Positions 35,622 through 44,942 of a DNA stretch of 59,711 nt are shown here, piece after piece (the stretch's first letter is position 1; every line of letters starts with the position of its first letter). The position numbers and the translations under genes are program-made. Origin of the DNA: Vicinamibacteria bacterium (GTDB taxonomy: Bacteria > Acidobacteriota > Vicinamibacteria > Vicinamibacterales > CAVVIG01); assembly GCA_041476545.1 (NCBI GenBank), contig JBGOTP010000001.1, positions 1 through 59,711 on the forward strand, in the 5' to 3' direction. Below the pieces are notes generated by a model, which saw only the letters and a list, made by a program, of their open reading frames with translations, did not search any database and was not told where the DNA came from.

Positions 35622-35685
35622 CGCTACGCTCGTAGCGCAGGCCTTTGGGCCTGCCCGGGACGGCAGGGCTGAAGCCCTGCACTAC
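35622..35685. repeat. Three consecutive REP-like hairpins, including an exact copy of the 24-mer at 23252
   Basis: GCTAC-GCTC-GTAGC, GCAGGCC-TTTG-GGCCTGC, and GGCAGGGCTGAAGCCCTGCACTAC (35662-35685, identical to 23252-23275). Confidence 0.8.
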
Positions 35686-35694
35686 ACCACTGGG

Positions 35695-36576
35695 CTACAC
35701 CGCAGCAGAATTGGCCGCGGCGACGTGGCTCAAGGTAACCCGGCCTTTCGCATCCGGAGACACCGGCGGATCAAGCGGGGTCTTGGTCGCGTGCACCGTG
35801 ATGGCAGCCACGGGCCACACCTTGTTGACGGCGATCGGCAGACCATCGACGCGCGCCGGCTCGTAGCGCTGACGCGCCACGACGCCCATCAGCCTGCTCA
35901 ACGCGATCGCTTCCTCGGTTCCAGGCGCAACCGGCTGCCCGCTGCTCGCGTGCACCAGCTCCAGATTAGTGACGCGCCCTTCACGTGTCACGACACCGGC
36001 CAGCGCATACTCGGCGTTGGCGTAGAAAAAATCCACATCGGTGTCTGAGTCCGCGGCGAACGCCGCGCCGGATGAACGCGACAACAGCAGTCTCGCATCC
36101 ACGACGACCGGAGCGGACCGGCTCACCTCGCTCTGACTCGCTTCCGCCGAGGCCAACGCGTTGACCACGGCGGCGAGAGAATTAGGGTCCTGCTCTTCTC
36201 TTGCGAACCGCATCATGTTGAGCATCATCAGGACGCAGGCCACGGCCGCCACCGACGCGCCAAGCCCGGCGTACACGAGGCGCATGTCCTCGAACATGTC
36301 CTGCACGCGCGCCGCGAACGCCACACGATCTTCGGCGTTCAGGCGACTGACGACACCGCACTGGAAGCCCTGCTCCTCCTCACCGGAGAGATCCGCACGG
36401 TCCCGTGTCGACACACGGATGAGTGATCGCAACGTCCGCAGTTCCGCCAATGCCGCCGCGCACCCCTCGCACCATTCGAGATGCGCGCCCACGGCAATCT
36501 GGTCGCTGACGGCCAACTCGTCGTCGTGAAACGCGTGAAGGCAGCGGCGTGTGGCCGCGCAGGTGAGCATCTTCAT
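35695..36576 (-). CDS. Anti-sigma factor (zf-HC2) with TM segment and TonB-C-like C-terminal domain
   Basis: CAATRRCLHAFHDDEL...HLEWCEGC zinc-finger anti-sigma motif. ATGA overlap with the sigma gene. Confidence 0.75.
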   Translation of the reverse strand: MKMLTCAATRRCLHAFHDDELAVSDQIAVGAHLEWCEGCAAALAELRTLRSLIRVSTRDRADLSGEEEQGFQCGVVSRLNAEDRVAFAARVQDMFEDMRLVYAGLGASVAAVACVLMMLNMMRFAREEQDPNSLAAVVNALASAEASQSEVSRSAPVVVDARLLLSRSSGAAFAADSDTDVDFFYANAEYALAGVVTREGRVTNLELVHASSGQPVAPGTEEAIALSRLMGVVARQRYEPARVDGLPIAVNKVWPVAAITVHATKTPLDPPVSPDAKGRVTLSHVAAANSAAV

Positions 36577-37223
36577 AGTGTCCCCGCTCCTCGTAATTCG
36601 AGGCGGAGGGCCTGTCTGGCCCTGGTCAGGCGCGATTTCACCGTACCGACCGCAACGCCGAGCGAGTACGCGATTTCGTCGTAGCTCAGACCGTCCACCT
36701 CTCTCAAGACAATGGCCGTACGTTGATCAAACGGCAGGCCCTCCAGGGCACGCTGGAGCCGGGCCGCCAGTTCCTTTTGCGCGAACACCCGGTCGGGACC
36801 AGCCGTTCCGCTCGACGGCAACTCGCCGTGCGCGGAGACGTGTGCTTCGAGGGAAATTTGGTCCGCCCGATGGCGACGCCGCCAGAACCGGCGACGATTG
36901 CGCGCCTGGTTGACGGCAATCCGGTAGATCCAGGTGCGGAGGCTCGATTGGCCACGGAACCGATGGATGGTCCGGAAGACGCGCAGAAAGACCTCCTGGG
37001 AGACATCCAGGGCTTCATCGCGGTCGCCGAGGAGATTGACCGCCAGCTGGATGACCATCCGCTGGTGCTCACCCAGCAGCTCCGCGTACGCGATCTCGTC
37101 TCCGTCGGTACAGCGCTGAACGAGCGCGCTTTCGCGGCCACCGACGTCCGACCAGGTCGATGCGCGCGCCTGTTTCACTTGGAAGACCCCAAACGATGTG
37201 GCGTTCCGGGTGCCTGCTTCCAC
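36573..37223 (-). CDS. ECF-type RNA polymerase sigma-70 factor
   Basis: Region 2 (DVSQEVFLRVFR, TWIYRIAVN) and region 4 (REVDGLSYDEIAYSLGVAVGTVKSRLTRAR). The exact start is uncertain. Confidence 0.85.
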   Translation of the reverse strand: MEAGTRNATSFGVFQVKQARASTWSDVGGRESALVQRCTDGDEIAYAELLGEHQRMVIQLAVNLLGDRDEALDVSQEVFLRVFRTIHRFRGQSSLRTWIYRIAVNQARNRRRFWRRRHRADQISLEAHVSAHGELPSSGTAGPDRVFAQKELAARLQRALEGLPFDQRTAIVLREVDGLSYDEIAYSLGVAVGTVKSRLTRARQALRLELRGAGTL

Positions 37224-37268
37224 TATAACGAATTTAGACCCCGAAAGACTCCGAAAGTTCCCCCCGCC

Positions 37269-38069
37269 CTACGACCCCGCCTGAGAATCCGGATCGGCCA
37301 GCTCACGCAGACCGTCACCGACAAAGTTGAATCCGAGCACCAGAAGGGCAATCGCCAGCCCCGGAAAAATCGTCAGATGTGGTGCATCGAGGATATGCGC
37401 TCGCCCCCCATTGAGCATCGTCCCCCAGCTGGGCGTGGGCGGCTGCACCCCCAACCCCAAAAAGCTCAACGACGCTTCGCCGAGAATGGCCCCCGCCATG
37501 CCGAGCGTCGCCTGGACGACTACCGCGGGAAGCGCCGTCGGAATGATGTGGTGCCACAGAATCCGCGCGGGGCCGGCACCGAGCGCGCGTGCGGCCTGCA
37601 CGTATTCGAACTCTCGCGCCCGCAGCGCCTGCCCGCGCACGAGACGCGCATAGCCCACCCATCCGATGATCGTGAGCGCAAACAGGACGTTGACGAGACT
37701 CGGCCCGAGCACCGCCACGAGCGCGATCGCCAGCAGCAATCCCGGAAAGGCCAGGAGCGTATCCACCACGCGGCTGATCACATCGTCGAAGATCCCGCCG
37801 AAATATCCGGCCATCGCGCCGAGCAGCGTGCCGACGCTGGCTGATATCGTCACAACCGTGAGGCCCACGAAAAACGAGATGCGGGCACCGGCCAGGACGC
37901 GCGCCAGAATGTCGCGACCGAGTTCATCGAGTCCGAACGGATGCGCGAGTGTCGGACGGGCCAGGCGAAGCGCCAGTTCCTGCGCGGCCGGGTCGAACGG
38001 CGACAGCATCGGACCGACCAACGCGCCGAGCGCCGCCACGACAATGATCGCGAGGCCGAGCTTCAGCAC
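37269..38069 (-). CDS. ABC transporter permease, DppC/OppC family
   Basis: 266 aa. HPFGLDELGRDILARV and an EAA-loop-like ARALGAGPARILWHHI. Confidence 0.88.
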   Translation of the reverse strand: MLKLGLAIIVVAALGALVGPMLSPFDPAAQELALRLARPTLAHPFGLDELGRDILARVLAGARISFFVGLTVVTISASVGTLLGAMAGYFGGIFDDVISRVVDTLLAFPGLLLAIALVAVLGPSLVNVLFALTIIGWVGYARLVRGQALRAREFEYVQAARALGAGPARILWHHIIPTALPAVVVQATLGMAGAILGEASLSFLGLGVQPPTPSWGTMLNGGRAHILDAPHLTIFPGLAIALLVLGFNFVGDGLRELADPDSQAGS

Positions 38070-38075
38070 GTCCTG

Positions 38076-38996
38076 CTACTCGTACCGGATCCGGGGGTCG
38101 AGGAAGCCATACGTCACGTCCACCAACAGGTTCATCGAGACGTAAATCACCGCGATAAAGAGAATGCACCCCTGCACGGCCGGATAGTCGCGGGCGGTGA
38201 TCGACTGAATGAGCAGCCGCCCGACGCCCGGCCACGCGAAAATCGTTTCGGTCACGACAGCCCCCGTGAGGACGACGCCAAACTGCAGACCGATGACCGT
38301 CACAATCGGGATCAGACTGTTCCGGAACGCGTGCACCAGAACTGCCCGCGTGCGCGAGACACCACGCGCCATCGCGGCGAGCACGTACATCTCGCCCAGT
38401 TCTTCCAGCATGCTCGCACGCGTCATCCGTGCAAGCACGGCAGCGAGCGGCGCGCCGAGCGTGATGGCCGGCAGCACGAGGTGAGCCGGCGTGCCCCGTC
38501 CGGACACGGGCAGCCATCCAAGCGATATCGAGAAGATGATGGCGAGCAGCGGACCCAGCCAGAAGCTGGGCATCGACATTCCGATCAGCGCGACGGTGGT
38601 GGCCGCGTGATCGATGCGGGTGCCGGCCTTGACGGCCGCCAGGATCCCGAGCGGAATCGCGATGACGAGCGCCACCGTCATCGACGCCAGAGCCAGTTCG
38701 AGCGTCGCGGGGAATCGCTGCACGATCTCGCGAACGACGGGCTGATTGGTGCGCAGCGAATTTCCAAGGTCGCCGGTGACGGCCCCCTTCATGAATCCCG
38801 CGTATTGCTCGACAAGCGGACGGTCCAAACCGAGGCGCTCTCGAAGGGCCGCGACGTCCCGCGACGACGCGCTTTCGCCGAGCATGGCCTGCACCGGATC
38901 CCCGGGGACAAGATGGATCAGCGAGAAGACGAGCGTCGCGACGCCGATAAGGACCGGAATCGTGAGAAGGACGCGACGGAGAAGGAAGCGAAGCAT
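38076..38996 (-). CDS. ABC transporter permease, DppB/OppB family
   Basis: 306 aa. MLRFLLRRVLLTIPVLIGVATLVFSLIHLVPGDP. Confidence 0.88.
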   Translation of the reverse strand: MLRFLLRRVLLTIPVLIGVATLVFSLIHLVPGDPVQAMLGESASSRDVAALRERLGLDRPLVEQYAGFMKGAVTGDLGNSLRTNQPVVREIVQRFPATLELALASMTVALVIAIPLGILAAVKAGTRIDHAATTVALIGMSMPSFWLGPLLAIIFSISLGWLPVSGRGTPAHLVLPAITLGAPLAAVLARMTRASMLEELGEMYVLAAMARGVSRTRAVLVHAFRNSLIPIVTVIGLQFGVVLTGAVVTETIFAWPGVGRLLIQSITARDYPAVQGCILFIAVIYVSMNLLVDVTYGFLDPRIRYE

Positions 38997-39052
38997 TGGA
39001 ATGTGCGGTGTGTGGCGCCGTGGATCATTCTAACGGCATCTGTGGGGCCGTC

Positions 39053-42000
39053 CTACTCGGCAATCCCCAGACGCACCATCAGCTTCGTGAGACCCTGACG
39101 CGTCACGCCCAGCTGCTCGGCGGCTTGTGTGCGATGCCCCGCGGTGCGTACGAGCGCCGCGCGGACGAATTGCTCCTCGAAGACGCGGCGGGCATCCTCC
39201 AGGCGCCAGCTCTCGACCGACGGAGCCGCCGCGAAGGGCGGCGGCAGCGCTGTCGGAGGAATGACGCCGCGCCTGGGACTACGTACCGCGAGGGCCGCCA
39301 GGACATTCTGCAGTTCGCGGACGTTTCCCGGCCAGTCGTACGCCGCCAGAGCGGCCATGGTCGACGCCGCCAGCGTGGCGCGACTACCCACGCGCGCGGC
39401 GGCCTCCTGCCAGTACCGGTCCGCGAGCAGGGCGATGTCGTCCCGCCGGTCCCGCAATGGAGGCACGGTGATCCGCACGACGTCCAGGCGGTACAACAGA
39501 TCGACACGAAACCGCCCGGAAGCCGCCTCCCGCCGCAAGTCGCGATTGGTGGCCGCCACGATCCGCACGTCCACTCGCCGGGCGACGTTCTCGCCAACAC
39601 GCCGCAATTCGCCCTCTTGAATGGTCCGCAGGACCTTGGCCTGCGCACGAGGCGACAACTCTCCAATCTCGTCGAGAAACAGCGTGCCGGTGTGCGCCTC
39701 CTCGAACACGCCGGGGCGCTCGATGACCGCGCCGGTGAAGGCGCCCCGTGCGTGTCCGAAGAGCTCGGATTCGACGAGGTCGTCTGGCAGCGCCGCGCAG
39801 TTGATCGAGCAGAACGGGCGATCGCGCCGTGGACCAAGCCGGTGCAGGGCGCGAGCCACGAGCTCCTTGCCGCACCCGCTCTCGCCCTCGACGAGCACCG
39901 CGAAGGGCGCCGCCGCGGCCCGCTCGACGGATCGGCGCACGCCGGCCATGGCCGAACTGACGCCGAGAATCTCACCGAGCGCGGGCACCGCACTGGCGCG
40001 GCCACGGGCAAGAGCCTCGGCCACCACCGGTCCGATCGCCGTCGCCGCGAGTGTGACCGTCAGCGCCGCACGCGAGCGATCGGCCGCCGAGCCGGGCGAG
40101 GCGCCGAGCACCCAGCGTCCCACCAGCACGGCGATCGCATCGCCGCCGTACCGCACTGGCGCACCGCCCTCGATGCTCCCGTCGCAGACGTGGGGCAGAA
40201 TCGGCTGCCCTGCGGCCAGCACGCGTTCCGCCATCCGCGACTGGAAACGGCCTCCCTCCAAAGCCAGCAGGACCCCGTCAGCGGACACGCACGCCACCGC
40301 CGCGGCATCCAGCCGCTTTCTCAGGTAGGCGAGCACGGTGCCGAGAACCGCGCTTCCCTCCTCGGCGCTCTGGCAACAGCGCAGGATGTCCAGGATGTCG
40401 GTCACGACCGCGTGTTCGGCGATCTGTGACCCGGCGGTGCACGCGGGCGCGAACAGCGCAAGCGCTTTCAGCCCCGTCGCCGCGGTGTGGCGCCTCACGA
40501 CGTCGGCGGGAGATGAAGAGGCCGACAACAGATCCCTCAGGAGGGCGCACCGCGCCCGAATCGTCATGGGAAGGTGGGACACGGGAATCCTGGCAATCCG
40601 GCCGAGCAGCGCGTCGGCCGCCCGCGTGTGACCGGTGCGGGAGACGTGCTCCGCGCCAACCAGTCTGGCTCTGAGCGCGCACAACGGCTCTCGGGCGGAC
40701 CTGGCTGCCCGCACACACAGGGCGATGTCGCGCTCCATGGCCACTCGGTCGCCCACCACCATGTGCGCAAAGGCCGCCGCATTGGCCGCACGCGCAATCG
40801 CCGATGGCCCTGCCAGTCGCTCGGCCGCTTCGAGCGCTCCGGCCGCGCCCGCAACGGCCGCCGCAGGGTCGCCGCGCGCCACGGCGATCCGCGAGGAGGC
40901 AATTGCCACCTGGACCTTCAAGGCCTCCGCGATGTCCGTTGATTCGATCGACGCGAGTGTCTGGTGGGCCTCGTCGTAGCGTCCACCCCAGAACAGGCAG
41001 CGGGCGAGGGCCAGACGCGCCTCGGCCGAGCGAAACCAGTCTGTGCTCTCCCGCGCCGATGCCACGGCGCCGTGAAGGACGTTCAGCGCTTCATCTAACC
41101 GCGCGAGATCCGTCCATGCCACGCCGGCCAGAACGGCCGCGTCAATCCAGAGAGACGCGTCTCGATCGGTGTGAGCCACGTACTCCCGAGCCTCGCCGAG
41201 GACGGCTTGCGCCTCCTGCGGACGCCCGCGCAGCAGCAGCGCCTTTGCGAGCGCCAGCCCCCCGCGCGCGGCATCGCCCCAGGCGTGCCGCCGCGCCAGA
41301 CCGCCGATGGCCTGACGGAGGGCGCGACTCCCAGGTTCATGGCGGCCGAGTTCGAGGAGTCTTATGGCCGCCGTCGCTCGCCGTCGAAGCGTCGCCAGTT
41401 CGCCGGCCGCTGGCCACTCAACGTTGGTCGGCCTCGGGACGATCTCGAGCAACGACTGCCGATCCGTCCCTTCCCCATAGGAGACGTGGTGCTCCGCTGC
41501 CTTCGTACCAAGGGCGACCATTCGGGAATTCGGCACGGCGTTGACACCCCACAGGAGTTGGATAAATCGCCCCGGAATCCCTTTCGCGCGCTGTGCGGCC
41601 TGTTCAACCCGGCGCCTCGTCGACACGTCAAGCGATTCGGGTCGAATCGCGTCGACAAGCGCCTCGGCCTCGACGCGATCGAGCGCGAGTCCATCGACAT
41701 GCGGCACTTCCTGACGTCCGGCAAACAGCACCACATGCCCGTGTGGATGACCGAGCGACCACTCGACCAGTCCGCGCCAGCCGGCCACTGGTCCGCTGTC
41801 CACGATCAGACAGAGCGAGCGCCCGTCAAGCATCTTCACCACAGCCTGGGCCACTGCCGGGGCCGTCGCCGGGTTGAGCATCGGCAGCCACACTGGAACG
41901 AAACCCTGGAGTCGGGCGGCCCGTGCCAACTGTTGCATCGCGCTCCGGACGCCCGCGCCAGGTGGTCCCCACAGCGCGAGGGCGCGCGGACGCGCGTCGG

Positions 42001-42505
42001 ACGGCTGAGCGAACAACTCCGCTCCGGCCGTGACCGCGGGCCGGCAGACGAGATGGATGCCGCAGTCGGCGAGGGGGACAATCCGGCTGAAGCCGGAAAT
42101 GTCGTATCCACAACACCCATCCGGCACGACAACCGGCCGGCCGTTATGGGCATGGACGCTGCCCGGCGCGAGATGCCCGGTCGTCAGCCCACTTCCTTCA
42201 AGAAACACAGTCGCCGTTCGCTGCGCACCCTCTGCTTCTCCTGGGGCGCCGCGCCAAGCGGCGCCGCAGCGCCAGGCTTCGAATCGGCGCATTTCACCGT
42301 ACGCCCCGAAATCCACAAGACGGGCAATGCCACGGTGGCGTAGCCGGAAAAACCGATCGCACCGCAGCGCCCATCGCATTTGATCTGACGCGCCTCCGGC
42401 AGTCGACGTCAGCAGCAGCACCTCCTCTCCGCTCGCCAGATCGACGCTTCTCGCTTCCCCTCTTCCTTCATTCCGTACGCCGAAACGATCGGCCATGAGA
42501 TCCAC
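39053..42505 (-). CDS. Sigma54-dependent transcriptional activator with ~730-aa N-terminal extension
   Basis: The C-terminal 420 aa hold the AAA+ sigma54-interaction domain (VLVEGESGCGKELVARALH, GAFTGA, ESELFGH, LFLDEIGEL, RVDVRIVAATNRDL) and an HTH_8 (AAEQLGVTRQGLTKLM). The N-terminus has a P-loop-like WGPPGAG, Ala/Leu-rich TPR-like repeats and a GAF-like segment. Confidence 0.85.
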   Translation of the reverse strand: MDLMADRFGVRNEGRGEARSVDLASGEEVLLLTSTAGGASDQMRWALRCDRFFRLRHRGIARLVDFGAYGEMRRFEAWRCGAAWRGAPGEAEGAQRTATVFLEGSGLTTGHLAPGSVHAHNGRPVVVPDGCCGYDISGFSRIVPLADCGIHLVCRPAVTAGAELFAQPSDARPRALALWGPPGAGVRSAMQQLARAARLQGFVPVWLPMLNPATAPAVAQAVVKMLDGRSLCLIVDSGPVAGWRGLVEWSLGHPHGHVVLFAGRQEVPHVDGLALDRVEAEALVDAIRPESLDVSTRRRVEQAAQRAKGIPGRFIQLLWGVNAVPNSRMVALGTKAAEHHVSYGEGTDRQSLLEIVPRPTNVEWPAAGELATLRRRATAAIRLLELGRHEPGSRALRQAIGGLARRHAWGDAARGGLALAKALLLRGRPQEAQAVLGEAREYVAHTDRDASLWIDAAVLAGVAWTDLARLDEALNVLHGAVASARESTDWFRSAEARLALARCLFWGGRYDEAHQTLASIESTDIAEALKVQVAIASSRIAVARGDPAAAVAGAAGALEAAERLAGPSAIARAANAAAFAHMVVGDRVAMERDIALCVRAARSAREPLCALRARLVGAEHVSRTGHTRAADALLGRIARIPVSHLPMTIRARCALLRDLLSASSSPADVVRRHTAATGLKALALFAPACTAGSQIAEHAVVTDILDILRCCQSAEEGSAVLGTVLAYLRKRLDAAAVACVSADGVLLALEGGRFQSRMAERVLAAGQPILPHVCDGSIEGGAPVRYGGDAIAVLVGRWVLGASPGSAADRSRAALTVTLAATAIGPVVAEALARGRASAVPALGEILGVSSAMAGVRRSVERAAAAPFAVLVEGESGCGKELVARALHRLGPRRDRPFCSINCAALPDDLVESELFGHARGAFTGAVIERPGVFEEAHTGTLFLDEIGELSPRAQAKVLRTIQEGELRRVGENVARRVDVRIVAATNRDLRREAASGRFRVDLLYRLDVVRITVPPLRDRRDDIALLADRYWQEAAARVGSRATLAASTMAALAAYDWPGNVRELQNVLAALAVRSPRRGVIPPTALPPPFAAAPSVESWRLEDARRVFEEQFVRAALVRTAGHRTQAAEQLGVTRQGLTKLMVRLGIAE

Positions 42506-42681
42506 CGCGCCTCCCGATCACCCCGTCTACACATATCCACGCATGTCCACGCACGTCACCCGTGCGCCTGACGGGCCAGATAGGATCGGCAGGCTGCAAG
42601 AATGCGGCCCGACGATTTGCCTAGTGCGCAAAGGCGAGCCCGCCAAAAGCGTGCATTTTTTTCGGATAGAATGAACGCGCG

Positions 42682-43905
42682 ATGCTGCGATTTCTCACCG
42701 CCGGCGAATCACATGGGCAGGCCCTTGTGACCATCCTCGAAGGGATTCCGGCAGGACTCACGATCGACTTTGATGCCATCACGGCTCAACTGCGCCGGCG
42801 CCAGACCGGATACGGCCGCGGACGGCGCATGGCGATTGAATCGGACCGGGCACAGCCCCTGAGCGGCATCCGCCATGGGCGGACGACCGGCTCGCCGATC
42901 GCACTGCTCATTCCGAACAGAGACTGGGAGAACTGGCAGCGGACGATGGCGGTTGAGTCGGCGCCGTCCGGGGAAACGCCTGGCGTCGATCGCCCCATCG
43001 TCACGCGGCCTCGCCCCGGACACGCCGATCTCGCGGGCGTCATCAAGTACGGAAGCGAGGACATTCGCGACATTCTCGAGCGCGCCAGCGCGCGCGAAAC
43101 GGCGGCGCGCGTCGCCGTCGGCGCGGTCGCGCGACAACTGCTGCTCCAGTTCGAAACGGATATCGTGAGCCATGTCGTGTCGATTGGATCCGCGTCGCTT
43201 CCCGATCCGCTCACGGTTTCGTACGAAGACGCAAAGGCGATCGGCGGCGACTCGGCGCTGCACTGTGTCGATCCCGCGGTTGAGCAGCGGATGATCGCCG
43301 AAATCGACGCCGCCCGCGAGGCTGGCGACACGATGGGGGGAAGCTTCGAGGTCATCGGGCACGGTGTTCCCGTCGGCCTTGGCAGCCATATTCAATGGGA
43401 TCGCAAGCTCGATGGTCGGCTCGCGCAGGCCCTCATGTCGATTCCCGCCATCAAGGCGGTGGGCATCGGCCGCGGGCCGGGCGTTGCGTCGCTGCCTGGA
43501 TCACGAATCCACGATGAGATTCTGCCGTCCGCCCGGATCCCGCCGCCCGGCGGCGTGAGCGTTTCGCGCCCGACCAACAACGCGGGGGGTCTCGAAGGGG
43601 GGATGACCAACGGCGAGGATCTGCGCGTCTCCGCCTACATGAAGCCAATCGCGACGCTCATGAAGCCGCTGCGATCCGTTGACCTCACCACGATGACCGA
43701 AAGTCCGGCTGCCATCGAACGCAGCGACGTGTGCGCCGTCTCCGCGGCGGCGGTCGTCGGCGAGGCAATGGTCGCGATCGTGCTGGCCGGGGCGGCGATG
43801 GAAAAATTCGGCGGCGATTCAGTGGATGAGATGATCGAGAACTGGCGGGCCTTCCGTGCCCGAACCGCCGCCAGGTTCACGCGGCGCCCCGAAACACGAG
43901 GATAG
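42682..43905 (+). CDS. aroC: Chorismate synthase
   Basis: MLRFLTAGESHGQALV..LEG.PAG, RRQ.GYGRG.RM, RPGHAD, SARETAARVA. Confidence 0.93.
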   Translation: MLRFLTAGESHGQALVTILEGIPAGLTIDFDAITAQLRRRQTGYGRGRRMAIESDRAQPLSGIRHGRTTGSPIALLIPNRDWENWQRTMAVESAPSGETPGVDRPIVTRPRPGHADLAGVIKYGSEDIRDILERASARETAARVAVGAVARQLLLQFETDIVSHVVSIGSASLPDPLTVSYEDAKAIGGDSALHCVDPAVEQRMIAEIDAAREAGDTMGGSFEVIGHGVPVGLGSHIQWDRKLDGRLAQALMSIPAIKAVGIGRGPGVASLPGSRIHDEILPSARIPPPGGVSVSRPTNNAGGLEGGMTNGEDLRVSAYMKPIATLMKPLRSVDLTTMTESPAAIERSDVCAVSAAAVVGEAMVAIVLAGAAMEKFGGDSVDEMIENWRAFRARTAARFTRRPETRG

Positions 43906-44056
43906 ACCGTCCCCAGCAACGACGGTTACCGCAGAATTCGCAGAGAGCGCAGATCAATAATTCAACACTCAAGCCCGCAATTCGCTCCACCCGTCATGAA
44001 AGAGGCCACAATTTTCACCATACGATATGCGCCGAACCTTGCATACCGGTCGTCGC

Positions 44057-44371
44057 ATGAGAGAACGACTCAATGCTCTCACAGAGCAAATCATCGGCGC
44101 CGCAATCAGGGTTCACCGTGAAATTGGACCGGGAACGCTAGAGTCGACGTGCGAGGCCTGCCTCGCCTTCGAACTTGTCGACCTTGGCCTGGCCGTCGAA
44201 CGACAAAAGCCCCTGCCGCTCGTTTATCGTGGTCGAACGCTCGACTGCGGTTACCGGTTGGACCTCCTGGTGGAGGGCGCTGTGATCGTCGAGGTGAAGT
44301 CAATTCAACGCTTCGAACCTGTACATCGTGAAATGGCTTGTCGACCACGGTCTCAAGCGGGTGGTGAATGA
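44057..44371 (+). pseudogene. GxxExxY-family protein, apparently degraded
   Basis: LTEQIIGAAIRVHREIGPGTLESTCEACLAFELVDLGLAVERQKPLPLVYRG...LDLLVEGAVIVEVKS fits the family. The C-terminal block (VKWLVDHGLKRVVNDFPE*) is in another frame (44325-44384), and the signature Tyr is Cys. Confidence 0.55.
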
Positions 44372-44396
44372 CTTTCCAGAGTAATGGTACCCTTCT

Positions 44397-44423
44397 CTGC
44401 GTGCTCTGCGGTTTCTGCGGTTA
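44397..44423. repeat. Tandem 9-mer array CTGCGTGCT CTGCGGTTT CTGCGGTTA
   Basis: Read directly. Same family as 7230-7256. Confidence 0.75.
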
Positions 44424-44432
44424 ACGTTTCCG

Positions 44433-44942
44433 ATGATCAGGCCCATTCTCAAGTACGGCGATTCGACCCTCCACGATCCGGCGCGTCCCGTGGATGCGTT
44501 CACCGACGCAGTCGACCGCATCATCGGCGACATGACCGAGACGATGTACGCGGCGCCCGGGATCGGCCTTGCGGCCCCGCAAATCGGCGTGCCCCTTCGC
44601 ATCTTCGTCGTCGATCTCTCCCTCGGCCACAACCCCAACGGGCTCATCGTCATGGTCAACCCGGAGTTCGTCGCGCGCGACGGGATGCAGCTCGAAGAAG
44701 AGGGCTGCCTGAGCGTGCCGGGCTTCAATGCCACGGTCGTCCGTCCGTCCCGCGTGACCGTGAAGGGGCTGGATCGCACGGGCCAGGAGTACCAGCGCGA
44801 AGGGACGGAACTCCTGGCCCGCGCCTTTCAACACGAGATGGATCATCTCGACGGCACGCTGTTTGTGGATCATCTCCGCGGCATCAAGCGCGACCTCATC
44901 GTGCGCAAAATTCGCAAGCTCACGCGCGCGGGGAAATGGTAG
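44433..44942 (+). CDS. def: Peptide deformylase
   Basis: GIGLAAPQIG, EGCLSVPG, HEMDHL. Confidence 0.95.
   Translation: MIRPILKYGDSTLHDPARPVDAFTDAVDRIIGDMTETMYAAPGIGLAAPQIGVPLRIFVVDLSLGHNPNGLIVMVNPEFVARDGMQLEEEGCLSVPGFNATVVRPSRVTVKGLDRTGQEYQREGTELLARAFQHEMDHLDGTLFVDHLRGIKRDLIVRKIRKLTRAGKW

Noticed and set aside
39010-39030. Possible sigma54 (-24/-12) promoter GGCGCC-N-CCGCA upstream of the dppB-like gene.
   Set aside because: The GG-to-GC spacing is one nucleotide longer than the consensus TGGCAC-N5-TTGC, and the flanking bases do not match.
36723-40429. Plus-strand ORFs 36723..37844, 37941..39098 and 38996..40429 (373-477 aa).
   Set aside because: Antisense shadows of the ECF sigma gene, the two ABC permeases and the sigma54 activator, all of which have clear family motifs on the minus strand.
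44384-44935. First 184 codons of the 512-aa track ORF 44384..45922.
   Set aside because: They overlap def (clear deformylase motifs) in another frame. The Fmt homology starts at ATG 44936.
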